A stretch of DNA of 64,000 nt from contig CAXXLZ010000001.1 in NCBI GenBank assembly GCA_963675595.2, forward strand, positions 1,536,001 to 1,600,000. The letters are read 5' to 3'. Under the pieces are notes generated by a model. The model had not been told where the DNA came from, did not search any database, and worked only from the letters and a program-made list of their open reading frames with translations. Source of the stretch: Thermodesulfobacteriota bacterium (GTDB taxonomy: Bacteria > Desulfobacterota > Desulfarculia > JACQYL01). Below, piece after piece: positions 38,374-47,416 of this stretch (positions are counted from its first letter, which is position 1; the number at the start of each line of letters is the position of its first letter). The position numbers and the translations under genes are program-made.

Positions 38374-39348
38374 GTGCCGGAGCGTCTGTTTGTCATTGCG
38401 GAACAAAGCCGAAGCGGCATTTCCCCCGTCACATTTGAACTGCTTGCCTGTGCGGAGCAAATCCGGCGAATACGTCCGGCATCCGTCGAGCTGGTGGTCC
38501 CGGGCGCGGACGTCCGATCTTTCTCATCCCACCTTTCCCAAGTCTGCGGCCTGAACGTGATCGGTATCGAACATCCCGCGTTGTCCGTTTACAACGGCGA
38601 AGTCTACAAAGCGGCATTTGCGGACTTGTTTAAAGCCCGTCCCGCTTTGGGCATGTTGGCCGCACACTCTTCGGCCGCCTGGGAATTTGTGCCGGGCTTG
38701 GCCTGCCGTCTGCGAGGCGCGTGCGTCACCGGTGTAAACGCCGTTGCCCGCGTTGGGGACGACGTCGTGTTCCAACGCCTGGTCCAGGCGGGCAGGTTCA
38801 CGGAGTCCGTGAGTCCTGCGATCTCACCGTTTCTTATCACGGTGGAACCGGGAGCGTTTCCAACTCTCACATGCGACGACACGAGTCCGGGATCGGTTGA
38901 AATCAGGCGGGTTTCTATCCCGGAAAGGAGTTCCAGAACGTTGGCCGTGCTTCCCGCCGGGGAGCGAAATCTGAGCCTGACCGAAGGCGAAGTCGTTGTC
39001 GCGGCGGGTAAAGGGATCAAGAAGAAAGAGAATCTGGACATGATCCGCCAACTGGCTTCGGTGTTTCCCAAGTCCGCTGTGGCGGGTTCCAGACCCCTGA
39101 TCGACTCGGGCTGGCTCGAATACAAAAGGCAGGTGGGACTTACGGGAGCCAAGGTTACCCCAAGACTCTATTTCGCTTGCGGCATTTCGGGTGCGCCGCA
39201 GCACATCGCAGGCATGAGGGGCGCCGACACGGTGGTCGCTTTAAATACGGACTGCGTCGCCGCCATGTTCAATCACGCGGACGTCTGCATCGTGGATGAC
39301 CTACTGCAATTCATTCCCGCATTTATTCGGCTTGCGAAACGATCGTAA
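38374..39348 (+). CDS. etfA: Electron transfer flavoprotein alpha subunit
   Basis: VVAAGKG, GSRP..D.GW, QVGLTG..V.P.LY.A.GISGAPQHIAGM. Confidence 0.92.
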   Translation: MPERLFVIAEQSRSGISPVTFELLACAEQIRRIRPASVELVVPGADVRSFSSHLSQVCGLNVIGIEHPALSVYNGEVYKAAFADLFKARPALGMLAAHSSAAWEFVPGLACRLRGACVTGVNAVARVGDDVVFQRLVQAGRFTESVSPAISPFLITVEPGAFPTLTCDDTSPGSVEIRRVSIPERSSRTLAVLPAGERNLSLTEGEVVVAAGKGIKKKENLDMIRQLASVFPKSAVAGSRPLIDSGWLEYKRQVGLTGAKVTPRLYFACGISGAPQHIAGMRGADTVVALNTDCVAAMFNHADVCIVDDLLQFIPAFIRLAKRS

Positions 39349-39401
39349 ACGGCGTTACCTGAAGTCTTCTCGTCCCGCCGGACAGGCACTGTTAATTCGG
39401 T

Positions 39402-40103
39402 TCAACCGTAGGTCACTAGGCCCGGTTCGGCCTCACCCTCCAAATGTGCCACCGAGTTAAAAGAAAATAAAGAAATCCGTTCCGCATTGTACTTGAGCAC
39501 GGTCACGGAAGTATTCCGGATCACCCAGGCGAGACGAAGCGAATTCTCGGGACTCAGTTGCAGAGCCGAGGAAAGGGCGGCGCAGATACTCCCTCCTGAG
39601 GTAAACACCGCGACCCGTTTGCTTCGGCCGTTTTTCTCTGCGACCAGGCGCAATCCTTGCCTCACTCGTCCCGCGAAGTCGTTCCACGTTTCCAGGCCCG
39701 GTGCCGAATGCGCCCCGGCGGCCCAACCCAACATGGCCCATTCCAGTACCCGCTGGAAGGATCGACGGTCCGTTCGATATTGCCGGAAATGGCTCCTCAT
39801 TTCAGGATCCGTCTCCATCACCCGAGCAGACGCTTGAATGACGGAATCCGACGGATACTCGTCGAACTGGGGCATGGCGGTGATATCGGCCGAGGAAAAA
39901 GCACCACACCTCGAGAGTACCAAACGCCCCGTATCCACCTGTCTCACCAACGTGCCTGAATAGGCGCAATCGAAATCCACGTTCAATCCGGACAGGTAGT
40001 CGCCGAGGATCAGGCTCTGCCGCCGACCGAGTTCGGAGAGCCGGTCATAATTATCCGTACCGAAAGAGGCCTGTCCGTGACGAATCAAATAAATCTCACC
40101 CAT
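39402..40103 (-). CDS. Histidine phosphatase (phosphoglycerate mutase-like) family protein
   Basis: LIRHGQASFG..YD.LS.LG..Q, VFTSGG, N.S. Confidence 0.88.
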   Translation of the reverse strand: MGEIYLIRHGQASFGTDNYDRLSELGRRQSLILGDYLSGLNVDFDCAYSGTLVRQVDTGRLVLSRCGAFSSADITAMPQFDEYPSDSVIQASARVMETDPEMRSHFRQYRTDRRSFQRVLEWAMLGWAAGAHSAPGLETWNDFAGRVRQGLRLVAEKNGRSKRVAVFTSGGSICAALSSALQLSPENSLRLAWVIRNTSVTVLKYNAERISLFSFNSVAHLEGEAEPGLVTYG

Positions 40104-40331
40104 TTACGCCAAATCCTTTCCAAAGAAGTCGCACAAGGCGACGATGCGGCCGGCGGGATACCGCGAACGCGAGTTCCGGTCCTGAGGCTGGAGGGCTCTA
40201 AGGAGGATCATGATCCCGATGGGAATCCCGGGAAGACATCGGGGGATAAAGAACATGGGGCGATCCTTGAACCGCCCCACGACGAACGTTTCCTGATCCG
40301 GAAGGACCATCTCCGGAAAAAAGTCGCTCGA

Positions 40332-41099
40332 TTATTTGGGAGACATCCTCAACGCGCCGTCGATGCGGATGGCCTCACCGTTGAGATAGCTGTTCCGAAT
40401 GATGGTAACCGCCAAGTCCGCATATTCCTCCGGCAGTCCGAGGCGGGAGGGAAAAGGCACCTGAGCGCCCAGGGAATCCTGCACGTTTTGAGGCAGACCC
40501 GCGAGCATGGGAGTGCCCATGATGCCCGGAGCGATCGTCACCACGCGCACTCCGTTCTTCGAAAGGTCTCTTGCCATGGGCAGCGTCATTCCGACGACTC
40601 CACCTTTGGAGGCCGCATACGCAACCTGTCCAATCTGGCCTTCCCAAGCGGCGATGGAAGCGGTATTGATGATCACGCCGCGTTCGCCCTTGTCGTTGGG
40701 CTCGTTGTTCACCATGGTTTCGGCGGCGAGGCGGGCCACGTTAAAGGTACCGATCAGATTCACGCCGATCACCTTGGAGAACTGATCCAGGGGATATGCA
40801 CCCGTTTTGCCCACTGTTTTTCCCGCGACGGCGATGCCGGCACAGTTTACGCACACGTTGAGGCCGCCGAAGTTCGTCTTGGCGGCTTCTATCGCTGCCC
40901 GTACTTCCGCTTCATTGGTTACATCCGCTTTGGCGAAAACAGCGGCTCCCCCCAACTCGGACACGAGTTGATTGGCGGTTTCTTCCACCATGTCCAAAAT
41001 GACCGCCTTCCCACCGTTGGCCACAAACGCACGGACAGTCGCGGCACCTAAACCCGACGCACCTCCGGTTACGATCGCTACACTTCCCTGAATGTCCAT
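40332..41099 (-). CDS. SDR, 3-hydroxyacyl-CoA dehydrogenase type II (HSD10-like)
   Basis: [46 protein letters not shown]. Confidence 0.92.
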   Translation of the reverse strand: MDIQGSVAIVTGGASGLGAATVRAFVANGGKAVILDMVEETANQLVSELGGAAVFAKADVTNEAEVRAAIEAAKTNFGGLNVCVNCAGIAVAGKTVGKTGAYPLDQFSKVIGVNLIGTFNVARLAAETMVNNEPNDKGERGVIINTASIAAWEGQIGQVAYAASKGGVVGMTLPMARDLSKNGVRVVTIAPGIMGTPMLAGLPQNVQDSLGAQVPFPSRLGLPEEYADLAVTIIRNSYLNGEAIRIDGALRMSPK

Positions 41100-41453
41100 A
41101 GTTACCTCTCTCAATTGAAGATTGAACGTAGCAAATAACTCTTTCTTATAACGGATGCCGCCGCCCGGATCAATGCCGAAAACGGCTCCAACGCCTGAGC
41201 AAAGCTCTTATGCGCGTCGGCATTGAAAATGCCTGTAGGATCAACCGAGTCCTTGCAGATAGATGAAATGATGAGTAGGGTGTTATTCCGTAAGTTTCAA
41301 AGGTTGACTCCACCAGCGCAATGTCGGTGCACTGCCGTCCGTCTTCATCAAGAAAGTTTGAAGTATGGCGGTGGGCTTTCGTATCGAAGGTGTCGTTCGA
41401 TGCTCTAACGGGCAACATGACCTTGCCGTTGTCGATTTGAGAAAGGGGTTCCC

Positions 41454-41975
41454 ATGCCTGCACAAGAAACAAGGGACAATCCGACCGAGGCCAGAACGGT
41501 CGATCATTCGGAAGTTCGCATGTCCATGGTTTTCTCACCTGAGCATGCAGGACCGGGAGGCGTTTTCGCTCACGGCGGCGAAATCATGAAGCTTATGGAC
41601 ACGGCCGCCGGAGTGGTCGCAGTCCGGCACTCCCATTCGCCCGTTGCAACGTTGCGCGTGGAAGCCATCAATTTCCTGAATCCCGTTCGTGTGGGCAACT
41701 TCGTTTCGGTCCATGCCCGCCTGACGTACGCAAGCCGTTCCACGATGGAGGTCCAGGTAAATGTGACTACCGAAGACCTCATTCGCGAGAAGACGTGGCA
41801 AGCGTGCACTGCGTACTTCGTCATCGTGGCCCTGAACAAGGAAGGGCGCCCGCACCCGGTGCCGACGCTTCTGACCCAAACCGAAGAGGAACGCGCTCGT
41901 TTCGAGGCGGGCAAAGACAGATTCGAAACCTGCCGGATGGACGATCATTTTCGCCGCCTGTGCGGTATCGACTGA
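41454..41975 (+). CDS. Hotdog-fold acyl-CoA thioesterase (YciA-like)
   Basis: HGGEIMKLMD.AA, F..PV.VG, SMEV-like STMEV, YFV.VAL..EGRP.PVP. Confidence 0.85.
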   Translation: MPAQETRDNPTEARTVDHSEVRMSMVFSPEHAGPGGVFAHGGEIMKLMDTAAGVVAVRHSHSPVATLRVEAINFLNPVRVGNFVSVHARLTYASRSTMEVQVNVTTEDLIREKTWQACTAYFVIVALNKEGRPHPVPTLLTQTEEERARFEAGKDRFETCRMDDHFRRLCGID

Positions 41976-42020
41976 TTCCCCGTTGCCAAACATCAAATTC
42001 TCCCGTTGAGGTGACTTTCT

Positions 42021-42920
42021 ATGAGAATACAGACTCCCGGCTTCATTCAAGATCAACTGCTTTTTCTCGGCACACGGCATAGCTGTATCTATCTTTTGAT
42101 GGGCGAATCATACGCACTCATCGGAGGCGGCGTGGCTTGGGAAGTCGCTCGATTGGAATCCCAATTGGACGAATTCGGTATCGATCGCAGCCGAATCAAA
42201 TATCTGGTTATTTCCCACGCACATCATGATCATTGTGGCGCCGTCCCCTATCTGATCCAAATGTACCCGCACATTCGGACGATCTCTTCGGACTACTGCG
42301 CCAAGATTCTGATGAAGGAAAATGCGGTGCGCCTCATGAAGGACGTCAACCGCGGAACGTTGAAGACTCTGAAACGCCCTCAAGAGCACCAGGGCATTTC
42401 CTTGGATTTTCTTCCGATCCAGGTTGACCGGCGAGTAGGCGACGACGATCGACTGGATCTCGGAGAAGGCCTTTCCATGCGTTTTTTCACGACCCCCGGT
42501 CATTCACGATGCTCCCTGACCGTCTATGTTCCCGAAATGCGGGCTTTGTTTCCCGGAGATGCGATTCCGGTTCCGGAAACCGGAAAACGTGAGCTCACGG
42601 TGACGGCAAATCACGACTACGACCACTACCTTGAAAGCCTCGGCAAGCTGGAAGAGCTCTCGGTTGCTCTGGTAGGCTACGAGCATGGGGGAGTAATCAT
42701 CGAGGAAGACGTCCAAGACATCATATCGAGAGGCATCGAGGCAACGCGTTCTCAGCGCGAACGAATTCAGACGCGTTACAAAGAGCTTGGAGATATCAAT
42801 CTCCTGATTGATGAAACCGCACAGAAGTTCCACGAACTTGAGCTCTTCAAACTGGTCCCGTGGGATATCATGAAGGCGATTATCGACAGAATGGTCAGGA
42901 GCGCTCTGGGACTGGTCTGA
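42021..42920 (+). CDS. Metallo-beta-lactamase fold hydrolase
   Basis: SHAHHDHCG, TPGHS, LFPGDA, EHG. Confidence 0.88.
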   Translation: MRIQTPGFIQDQLLFLGTRHSCIYLLMGESYALIGGGVAWEVARLESQLDEFGIDRSRIKYLVISHAHHDHCGAVPYLIQMYPHIRTISSDYCAKILMKENAVRLMKDVNRGTLKTLKRPQEHQGISLDFLPIQVDRRVGDDDRLDLGEGLSMRFFTTPGHSRCSLTVYVPEMRALFPGDAIPVPETGKRELTVTANHDYDHYLESLGKLEELSVALVGYEHGGVIIEEDVQDIISRGIEATRSQRERIQTRYKELGDINLLIDETAQKFHELELFKLVPWDIMKAIIDRMVRSALGLV

Positions 42921-42970
42921 AGGCCTGCCGAAAAGAATTCATGCCTCGACTCTTCAGGAGTATCCGCGAC

Positions 42971-44443
42971 ATGTTCCTGAAAAGACTGCCCATCAACGAC
43001 ATACGACCTTGGCCTGAATTGGAGGCGCTCCTGCCTATTCGTCGGAACGACCTCGGTTATCTCAGGGCGGATTTGGAGAAGCACGGCCCGCAACTCCCTC
43101 TGGTCGTGGATCAGACCTTTCGGCTGATCGACGGCTACAGGCGCTTGCATATCATGCTCGACCTGGGCATCGAAGAGGCTTGGTGCCTGGTCAAAGCCTT
43201 CACCGGCGACGACGAGGCCGTTGCCTTTGCCCTGACCAACAAGATATCCTCGCAGAACCTGCATCCCACCGACCGCTCCAATCTTCTCCGAATGCTGGGG
43301 GACACCGGCTCCGCCAAAACCGTCCGGAAAAAAACGCTTGAGGCTCGTACCTATGTTCCTGAGCAACTGCTGGCGCTGTACGAATCCGGAGATATCGGCG
43401 ACCAATCCATTTCAAAACTGATCCAGGAAATGAAAGCGGTGGAGAGAGCCGTGGGTAAGAAGGGCGTCGAACACGTCAAGACGCTCCTCGACGGGAGAGA
43501 GTCCCCCTGGCTCAAGCTGGCGACAATCAGAGGCTTTCTCAAGAACGACGAAATTCCGGATTCCGTAAAACAACAGGCCATGGAGGAGAGGTGGCCGCTC
43601 ACGGAAATCAGCAGCGCCACGTGGCGCATAATCAACCGGAAGACCGTCCTGGAAAACCGACTTCGAGAACGGGAGAAAGAACAGCGGCGTCGGGACTTCG
43701 AGGAGAAATACGGTCGGGTGCCGGATCATGTGGCCGAGGAGCATCATCGATGGGTGGAATCCAGGCTTCGGCAATTTTTCGACAATTGGGGTATTTCGCG
43801 GGATCGAGCTCTCTCCTCGGGTGAACTCGAGCAGGATCGACTGGTATCGGAGAGGATGAAGCGGGAGATCGAAGACTATCGCGAACAGGTCGAAGAGCGA
43901 AGAGCGGATCTCTTGGACCGGCTCAATGTTCTCACAAACAAGATTGAGCGGGTTGCCGATGCACGCTCCCGAGGCGTGGACGAATCGTCGCGTTCCGCCT
44001 GGGACATGGAAACCGTTGACGCCTCACTCCGAACGCCCCTGGACGAGAAATGGGCCGAACGTCTGCCGAGGTTGGAGGAGGAGAGAATCCGCATCGATCG
44101 GGAGGCCGGGCTGCTGCACCTCAAACTCGAAGTCCAGAAACTCCAAGGTGAATACCGGGAGCAATTGGCGATTCACGAGAAGCAGGGGGCCAATCACCGA
44201 AATCAGGAGATGGATGTTCGGATCGAGATGTTGGGGCTGCTCCCCGATACCTGGGACACCATGCCCGAGAAAGAGTGGAAACGTTTCACCAGGGCTTTTC
44301 GACATTTCCTGCATCCCGACCGATCAGGAAATATCTTCAACCACACGTCTTCCGTAGTCAACGCGCTGTTGGACTATGCCGAAACCAAAAGAGCCTTTAA
44401 CCTGCGCCGACCCTCGGCATTCGAGTCTGATCCTCAGCCTTGA
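42971..44443 (+). CDS. ParB/Srx N-terminal domain protein with coiled coil and C-terminal HPD motif
   Basis: L..DLEKHG.Q.PLVV....LIDGYRRL (ParB-N); long charged helical region; RAFRHFLHPDRSG; start placed at ATG 42971 behind AGGAG. Confidence 0.6.
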   Translation: MFLKRLPINDIRPWPELEALLPIRRNDLGYLRADLEKHGPQLPLVVDQTFRLIDGYRRLHIMLDLGIEEAWCLVKAFTGDDEAVAFALTNKISSQNLHPTDRSNLLRMLGDTGSAKTVRKKTLEARTYVPEQLLALYESGDIGDQSISKLIQEMKAVERAVGKKGVEHVKTLLDGRESPWLKLATIRGFLKNDEIPDSVKQQAMEERWPLTEISSATWRIINRKTVLENRLREREKEQRRRDFEEKYGRVPDHVAEEHHRWVESRLRQFFDNWGISRDRALSSGELEQDRLVSERMKREIEDYREQVEERRADLLDRLNVLTNKIERVADARSRGVDESSRSAWDMETVDASLRTPLDEKWAERLPRLEEERIRIDREAGLLHLKLEVQKLQGEYREQLAIHEKQGANHRNQEMDVRIEMLGLLPDTWDTMPEKEWKRFTRAFRHFLHPDRSGNIFNHTSSVVNALLDYAETKRAFNLRRPSAFESDPQP

Positions 44444-45059
44444 ATGCTGCGTATTCATCCTCCAGTTCCTGAATGGTTTCCAGGAGCATGCCTCCCCGCC
44501 ACTCTGCTGCGGCGACTTCTTCGATCAAAGACCCCGTGTCGGAATAGGCCAAACAGGAATTCAGTAGTTCCGGTCGGAAGGCGAACACGTATTTGTAGAG
44601 CTGAGACTTTGTAATGTCGGGATACATTTCATTGAGAATCCGCCGGATTCTCATCCCACGCCCCAGAAGCGCCCCTTCGACCGTGTCTTTGAACAAGGTG
44701 TTCAAATGCGTGCAGCAAACGCTCGCACCCTTTTTGAGCAGCCGCTTTACGATCCCGGGTTCCACACGCCTGCCGATCATCTCCGTCATCATCGGCAATG
44801 CGCCTAAACAGGCGTCGTGAGGATATCGAATGATCCGGGAATCCAGGGATAATATCTCGAGCTCAGGATGAGAGAACTCACCGACCATCTCGAGATGATG
44901 GTTGGGGTCCTCGAAAACCGCGTGCACCATGAGCGTTTTTCGTTGCGTAAATGATACGGACGAGTCCTTCCTTCTGCGCCCGAGCAAGGCGCCTTCCATT
45001 TCCGTCATTGCCTTCGCTTTCACCACTGCAACGCGGCACTGTGTGTGACGTAAATTCAC
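44397..45059 (-). CDS. DUF2889-like protein
   Basis: EDPNHHL, RYPH..C, CTHL, LLNSCLAY pattern; start uncertain. Confidence 0.55.
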   Translation of the reverse strand: MNLRHTQCRVAVVKAKAMTEMEGALLGRRRKDSSVSFTQRKTLMVHAVFEDPNHHLEMVGEFSHPELEILSLDSRIIRYPHDACLGALPMMTEMIGRRVEPGIVKRLLKKGASVCCTHLNTLFKDTVEGALLGRGMRIRRILNEMYPDITKSQLYKYVFAFRPELLNSCLAYSDTGSLIEEVAAAEWRGGMLLETIQELEDEYAAFKAEDQTRMPRVGAG

Positions 45060-45184
45060 GCCGCAGTGTGCGTCTTGTCCTGAAACTCAATACCTAACCG
45101 CAGAAAATCACCTTGCAGGTGCGCCCATCGAGAATTCTCCCTGCCGATCCCGACGCTGAACATCGGGAAATCCTGCAACCGAGA

Positions 45185-46270
45185 CTAGTCCACTTCGATG
45201 CGGTCAATGCTGGCTTCGGCCACCTTGCGGCTCTCCGCTTGGATCTCGCCCACCAGTGCGCTGATCTCTTTCGAGGCGTTTCCGGACTTCTGAGCGAGCG
45301 CTCTGATTTCTTGAGACACGACGGCGAACCCCGCCCCCATCTCGCCGGCACGAGCCGCCTCCACTGCGGCGTTGATGGCCAGCAGGTTTGTCTGGCGAGC
45401 GATGAGATCAATGGTCTTCACCATGTCGTCGATTCTACCCACCTTGTTGGCCAGAGAGCGGGCCGTCTCAATCTGTTCCTGGATGGCGTTGTCTTTCTTC
45501 ACTTCTTCACTGACATCACGGCCGATTTCAAGAAATCCTTCGGTTTTTCCTTCGGCATTCTTCAGTGCGGTCACGGTACAGTGCAGAGGAAAGACTTCCC
45601 CGTTCTTCCGCCGTCGTCGCATGGTGAAGAGCGCCTTCCCTTGGGACATGACTTGCTTGCTGCGCTTACGTTGGATGTCCGCCGCGCGACCGGTGTCGTC
45701 CTTGATGAAGGAGAAGGCGACGGGACGTCCAATGGCTTCGTCGTAATTCCATCCGAAGATGTTCTCGGCGCCGGTGTTCCAGCTCTTGACCTTTCCGTCC
45801 ATTCCGACCACGAGGAATGCATACAGGGACGAGCTGTCCAAGACTTTCTGAAAAAAAAGCTTCTCCTGTTCAAGCCTCGCTCTGATGTCGTTTCCTTCGT
45901 CCTGGGCCTCATGGTGCGGGAGCAGTTTCCGCTCCTCAGTCCCTTGGGCTTCCAAGTCGGTTATGCGGTGCCTCATGCTCCTGACCCGGGTGATCAGAGC
46001 CTGCTGAAGACCGCCTTCGTCCAACCCCGAAGCATCCAGCGATTCATCCGACTCTTCTTCCAGCAAATCCACCAATCCCGACCACCGAGCACGTTCCTTT
46101 CGGAACATCATGTATAGGCAGGCCTCGGTAGCCACGAAAAGCGCCGCCACCACGAGCCCGGCCGCCTGGAAAGCATCCGGAGAAAGCAAGTACCAAAGGG
46201 CACCCCAGGCGACGACAAATAACAACGCGATCAAGCCCATCGAAATCCAAGAGTTGCGACTGGTAATCAT
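45185..46270 (-). CDS. PAS-containing chemoreceptor-like protein with very short MCP signalling domain
   Basis: Two N-terminal TMs; PAS ([29 protein letters not shown]); [37 protein letters not shown]; GGAGG RBS. Confidence 0.82.
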   Translation of the reverse strand: MITSRNSWISMGLIALLFVVAWGALWYLLSPDAFQAAGLVVAALFVATEACLYMMFRKERARWSGLVDLLEEESDESLDASGLDEGGLQQALITRVRSMRHRITDLEAQGTEERKLLPHHEAQDEGNDIRARLEQEKLFFQKVLDSSSLYAFLVVGMDGKVKSWNTGAENIFGWNYDEAIGRPVAFSFIKDDTGRAADIQRKRSKQVMSQGKALFTMRRRRKNGEVFPLHCTVTALKNAEGKTEGFLEIGRDVSEEVKKDNAIQEQIETARSLANKVGRIDDMVKTIDLIARQTNLLAINAAVEAARAGEMGAGFAVVSQEIRALAQKSGNASKEISALVGEIQAESRKVAEASIDRIEVD

Positions 46271-46649
46271 GACTCCTCCCGTTTGCGCACGATTATTAGG
46301 GGATCTGGGCGTATAAAGGCGTCCGGTCCCTCCGCGACTGCCACCTGAACCATCCGACCGCGACAAAGAAAAATATTCTTCCCTCGAGGCAAGCCGGCAT
46401 TGCTGATCCGACCATGTCCGGCCTTCTCAAATCACGAAATGCTTGTGTGACGAGCGCCGTCGAAAAATCCATGTGTTCTCGCCAAGGAAAAGCCGACATT
46501 TTCAAGTATGTCTTCCCCATGGTCCGGTCGGTGTGCCCTGATTCCCGATCTTTCGGCGAGTTCATGAATAGGCAAATCAACTAGCTGATAACTCTAAGAA
46601 AACTTGACAAACGGATGCAAAACGCGAAACTCTTCTTCAGGCCTGCTGC

Positions 46650-46680
46650 TTGACTGAATACAAGAAAGCCCTTATAGAAT
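46650..46680 (+). promoter_or_regulatory. Possible sigma70 promoter for the VOC gene
   Basis: TTGACT-17 nt-TATAGA(AT) in an A/T-rich divergent intergenic region. Confidence 0.35.
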
Positions 46681-46738
46681 ATTTAAAATATTTTTTCCAC
46701 TGTGCACCTTTTCTGATCGACATTTTTTGAGGTCTCCT

Positions 46739-47161
46739 ATGAAACTGCAAGTACATCACATAGGCGTGGTGGTAAAGGACATCGACGAAGGTAAGAAGAG
46801 CTATGAAGAGGTTTTCGGGTGCAAGGAAATGGCTCGCTTCGTAGTGGACGCCTTCAACGCGGAAGTCAGCTTCCTTCCTTTCGACAACACTTACGTTGAG
46901 CTCGTCAGGCCTCTCAAGGACGACGGTTTGGGCCGGTTCTTGGAGAAGAACGGTCCGGGGACGATCCACCACATCTGTTACATCGTGGACGACATGGACG
47001 AGGCCTACCGGTATTTTACCGAAGAAAAAGGGCTTCGGGCCGTTACCGGCGTTCCTCAAAAGGTACCGTGTTTTGAGAAGGCTTTGTTCTTCCATCCGAA
47101 AGATACCGGCGGCACACTGGTTGAGCTCGTGAGCGGCGCAACCTGCCCGCTCCCGGAATAA
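46739..47161 (+). CDS. VOC-family protein, methylmalonyl-CoA epimerase-like
   Basis: HHIGVVV, VELVRP, FLEKNGPG.IHHICY.VDD, FFHPKDTGGTLVELV. Confidence 0.85.
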   Translation: MKLQVHHIGVVVKDIDEGKKSYEEVFGCKEMARFVVDAFNAEVSFLPFDNTYVELVRPLKDDGLGRFLEKNGPGTIHHICYIVDDMDEAYRYFTEEKGLRAVTGVPQKVPCFEKALFFHPKDTGGTLVELVSGATCPLPE

Positions 47162-47416
47162 TCTCCCCGCCCGATTGAGAAGCGCCTACCGCCCGGAAGG
47201 CGTCCTTTCGAAGTCGCCGTGGAGTGCAAGGGGTCGTTCTCCCGCAACCTTGGATGTGCATGATCTTCCGAACGGCCCCCGCAGTGGAAGTGCGGAGTCT
47301 TGTCCGAGGCGAAAGCGTTGTTGCGGCACATGGACACGATTCGGATCGTCGGAGGATGGAGTCGTGTCAAGGTCCCATCACTCGGCGGTGGTTCACGCCT
47401 CTTACGCCGTCTTCCA

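Noticed and set aside
40104-40310. 68-aa minus-strand ORF between the SDR and the histidine phosphatase (possible LvaB-like gene)
   Set aside because: No motif or convincing composition; cannot be supported without homology data.
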